From assembly GCA_041891055.1 (NCBI GenBank), contig CP169074.1, positions 32,001 through 96,000 of the forward strand: a stretch of DNA of 64,000 bases. Direction: 5' to 3'. The stretch comes from Halorutilales archaeon Cl-col2-1 (GTDB taxonomy: Archaea > Halobacteriota > Halobacteria > Halobacteriales > Afararchaeaceae). The notes beneath the pieces are model-generated. The model saw only the letters and a list, made by a program, of their open reading frames with translations, made no database searches and had not been told where the DNA came from. The translations under genes were made by a program, and so were the position numbers. Below, piece by piece: positions 60,983-64,000 of the stretch; within the stretch, counting starts at the first letter, position 1, and the number at the start of each line of letters is the position of its first letter.

Positions 60983-63419
60983 TGTGGTGTTCGTGTATCT
61001 GTATTAGGTCGTCCTCTATCCCCTCGGCTGTGATCTGTACGTGGCTGTCGCTGTCGCCCTCAGCCGAGTCGGTGTCGTACTCTATGCTCGCCGACTCGCC
61101 CTTCGCGAGGTCTACGTTCCAGACCAAGTCGTACTCGCCGTCGAGGTCGACTACCTCTACGCCGTCTGTGTTACCGTCGACACTCGGCTCGGCGTCGGTG
61201 AAGATGTGAAGCTCGAAGCTCTCACCCGAGTTCGAGTGGTTGGTGACCTGGATCGACTCCGACGACTCGCCGCCGTCGGATTCGACAGAGACGTAGACCT
61301 TGTTCATTATCTCGGCGACTGTCTCGTCTATCTCAGGAGTCTCCTTCCCCGTGATTTCGGCGACCTTCTCAGCCATCTCGGGGAGTATCTTCCCTATGAC
61401 ACGTTCCTTCTTCTTCCTTTTTTGGCGCGACCTCTGTTTACTCAGGTGATCCTTGAGGTCACGTGCAACCTCCCTCACAGCGAGTTCGACCTCGTCGTGT
61501 ATCTCAGGGACTCCGGCGACGGCGTCCTTCGACTCGCTTGTGAAGGGAACGTTTGTCGAGGCGACGTGTACCATTATCACGAGAGGACCCTCGGGTAGCG
61601 ACCCCGACGACTGGCTCAGACCGTAGTTCCTCCAGCCTATCTCCTCGACTGCGTCGGTTATGACACACGCTCCCTGCTGGTAGACGAGTGGAACCCTGTT
61701 GGCGAACCTCAGAAGGTCTGCTTTCGAGTCGCCGTGGAGTGATCCGCCGTATGCGATTCCCGCCTCGACGACAAAGGGGTCGCCTCCGTGGACGCTCGCG
61801 TCACGCGTCGCCGTCGAGTAGAACTCGGCGTCGAACTCCTTTCTGAGACCCTTCTCCATGAGGTCGGGTGTTATGGGAGACAGACAGCCCGTCGGAGGCG
61901 ACATCACGTCTGTCGCACGCATCGAGTCGAGGAGAAGACGTGCGGTGTCTCTGTCTTCGGCTACCTCTCTCACGAGAGGCACGTCGTCGGGGACAGTCCT
62001 CATCGTATCCCATGTCTCGTCCGTGATATTCTGCCTCGCTGTCTCACCCACACGGACATCACGTAGCTCCTCGACCGAGTCAGCCGCCCTGTCGACGTAT
62101 TCGGTGACGTCGTCGTAGACGTATCTCGATCCGAGTGTGTCATCAGTCCCGTCTTCATCCTCACCTTCGCCATCACGTACGAGCTTCGGCGCGAGTCTCT
62201 TCGATATCTCCTCGACAGTCTCTGTGTCCTTCGAGGTCGTGGTCGCCGACTCGACTATCTCGCGGACATCGTCCACGGGGTCGTTGGTCAAGGAGTCGTA
62301 GACCGCCTCGGTGGCTTTCTGACGTACTGTCTCGCCGAATGTCGTCCCGGTCTCGTCTTGTGTCTTCTCGGCGGCGTCGTCGACCTCATCACGTATCTCG
62401 AACCCAGCTAAGGTCTCGTGCTGAAGTAGGTTCTCGACTACGTGGTCGGCGAACTTCCGCGTGTCACCGGTGGTCTTGTTCGAGACCGAGTCTATGACTG
62501 ACTGTCTCATGTCCGCGACACCGTCGGGCGAGGGAGTCGACCACGCCATCTCTCTCCCGTAGTACCTGTCACGGAACTCGTCGAGTATCCCGTCGGAGGT
62601 CTTCGACCCTACCCGCGTGAACTCCTGTCTCACGAACGCCCCGACGTTGTACGAGTCGGTCGACTCTAACATACGTATGAGAGTTCCGAGCTCTATTCCG
62701 TGGGGATGTGGCTTTATCTCCTCAGCCTTCTCGGGTAGCTCGTCGGTCGCCCTCTCGAACTCGAAGTCGTTCTCGGGCTCCCTGAGACGTATACGTGCGT
62801 GGGGATTGACGACAGCCGTGTTCTTGATGTAGGTATGGAGCTGTCTCCTCGCTCGCATGTTCGCCTCGAGCTCTATCTCAATACGTGTGCCGTGTGTCCT
62901 GTCCCAGTCGACTATCTCGTCGCTGAGTATCTCGGGGTCGTTGGTGTCGGTGTCGATGGTTATCTCGAACTCGTGAGCCTCGCCGCTCTCGGTCTTCGAG
63001 ACGATCTTCGCGGGCTTTCCGCTCGTGAGCTGTGAGTAGAGGACAGCGGCGGAGATTCCTATACCTTGCTGACCTCTCGACTGAACACGTTTCCCGAACC
63101 TGCTTCCGTAGAGGAGCTTACCGAATATCTTCGGAATCTGCTTTCTAACTATCCCTGGACCGTTGTCCTCGATCACGAGCCTGTAAGTCTCGTCGAGCTC
63201 CTCTATCTCGACGAATATGTCGGGAAGTATCTCCGCCTCCTCACACGCGTCGAGTGAGTTGTCGACCCCCTCCTTGACAGCCGTCACGAGACCACGTGCT
63301 CCCGAGTCGAAGCCGAGCATATGTTTGTTCTTCTCGAAGAACTCGGCTACGGAGATCGAACGCTGTTCCTGTGCTAGTTCCTCAGCAATATCGTCCGTAA
63401 GTTTAGATTGATAAGACAC
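60975..63419 (-). CDS. top6B: DNA topoisomerase VI subunit B
   Basis: [49 protein letters not shown]; GTG start. Confidence 0.96.
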   Translation of the reverse strand: MSYQSKLTDDIAEELAQEQRSISVAEFFEKNKHMLGFDSGARGLVTAVKEGVDNSLDACEEAEILPDIFVEIEELDETYRLVIEDNGPGIVRKQIPKIFGKLLYGSRFGKRVQSRGQQGIGISAAVLYSQLTSGKPAKIVSKTESGEAHEFEITIDTDTNDPEILSDEIVDWDRTHGTRIEIELEANMRARRQLHTYIKNTAVVNPHARIRLREPENDFEFERATDELPEKAEEIKPHPHGIELGTLIRMLESTDSYNVGAFVRQEFTRVGSKTSDGILDEFRDRYYGREMAWSTPSPDGVADMRQSVIDSVSNKTTGDTRKFADHVVENLLQHETLAGFEIRDEVDDAAEKTQDETGTTFGETVRQKATEAVYDSLTNDPVDDVREIVESATTTSKDTETVEEISKRLAPKLVRDGEGEDEDGTDDTLGSRYVYDDVTEYVDRAADSVEELRDVRVGETARQNITDETWDTMRTVPDDVPLVREVAEDRDTARLLLDSMRATDVMSPPTGCLSPITPDLMEKGLRKEFDAEFYSTATRDASVHGGDPFVVEAGIAYGGSLHGDSKADLLRFANRVPLVYQQGACVITDAVEEIGWRNYGLSQSSGSLPEGPLVIMVHVASTNVPFTSESKDAVAGVPEIHDEVELAVREVARDLKDHLSKQRSRQKRKKKERVIGKILPEMAEKVAEITGKETPEIDETVAEIMNKVYVSVESDGGESSESIQVTNHSNSGESFELHIFTDAEPSVDGNTDGVEVVDLDGEYDLVWNVDLAKGESASIEYDTDSAEGDSDSHVQITAEGIEDDLIQIHEHHNE

Positions 63420-63536
63420 CTTGAAGAAAAGTAGTCGTCGAGGATTTAAACGCGTTACGGAACGCCGAAAGGCACATCAGGACGGCGGTATACCGGAACC
63501 CAAACGGAGTAGAAGACCGAGACAGAGAAGTCGTGT

Positions 63537-63824
63537 CTACTCCTGTGTCCTTCGGAGGTACTCGGCGGTCTTCTCCTCGGGAGACGCGCTCGGCATCTCC
63601 TCCTCGATCTCCTCGAATACGTTTTCGACCTCTCCCCTCTCGTGAGTCGCGTAGTCTATCTCGTCGCCACAGTCGGGGCATACGAGGTCGATGTTGTCGA
63701 GCTCTGTGTTCTCGGAGTTTCCGTCACGGTAGTAAATTTCGAACGAGTCCCTGGACAGACTCTCTCCGCAGGCGATACAGACGTGCTGTTTCCATTTCCA
63801 GACTCTCCAGTCGTTGACACTCAT
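63537..63824 (-). CDS. Small HNH-like Zn-finger protein lacking the catalytic His residues
   Basis: CIAC...EIYYRDGNSENTELDNIDLVCPDC matches HNH spacing. Confidence 0.6.
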   Translation of the reverse strand: MSVNDWRVWKWKQHVCIACGESLSRDSFEIYYRDGNSENTELDNIDLVCPDCGDEIDYATHERGEVENVFEEIEEEMPSASPEEKTAEYLRRTQE

Positions 63825-63850
63825 TTAGTGGTTCACCTGGGTTTTAGACC

Positions 63851-63869
63851 CTTGGTAACTATTACCAAG
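63851..63869. promoter_or_regulatory. Perfect 8-bp inverted repeat, candidate operator
   Basis: CTTGGTAA-CTA-TTACCAAG, 27-45 bp upstream of the HNH-like ATG. Confidence 0.4.
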
Positions 63870-63906
63870 TTATGACTTATATCCTTTTTGCTAACAGTTG
63901 ACATTC

Positions 63907-64000
63907 TCACCGGAGTCGGCTTACTACGCCGACCAAGACGAGTATCAAGACTAAGGGAGCTCCGACGACCTTCAGACGTGTTATGTTGAGGGAGCTCCAG
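63907..64000 (-). CDS. C-terminal end of a probable membrane protein (partial)
   Basis: WSSLNITRLKVVGAPLVLILVLVGVVSRLR*: hydrophobic tail plus basic end. Confidence 0.4.
   Translation of the reverse strand, partial: WSSLNITRLKVVGAPLVLILVLVGVVSRLR

Overview
This is a 64-kb chromosomal window from a halophilic archaeon. The proteins are very acidic, ATA/AGA codons are frequent and the gene clusters are haloarchaeal; a deep-branching Halobacteria lineage such as Halorutilales is my inference only. It is mostly housekeeping: pyrG/guaAB, thiI, mat, RecJ-like, archease-rtcB, glyA, a sufBDSUC operon, MC1, asd, tfe, egsA, purL, serA, a KaiC-like pair, TFS, tRNA-Val(CAC), nth, rpl44e-rps27e-aIF2a-nop10-PAC2, hicBA and top6AB. 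There is also an Lrp/beta-CA-like/dabBA inorganic-carbon uptake cassette. The most notable signal is non-coding: a family of ~49-54-bp twin-hairpin elements (CGTC-stem8/loop3-linker-stem8/loop3-AA) whose stems differ in sequence but stay paired. They occur at four loci. Two are tandem dimers (3553-3650, 46706-46803), one is an in-frame 18-codon insertion in methionine adenosyltransferase (12168-12221), and one is a 52-bp variant (3968-4019). Two of the four loci interrupt the two subterminal hairpins of a transposase-less IS200/IS605-type element (3529-4044), which itself splits a small RHH gene. All calls come from reading the sequence; no database searches were run.
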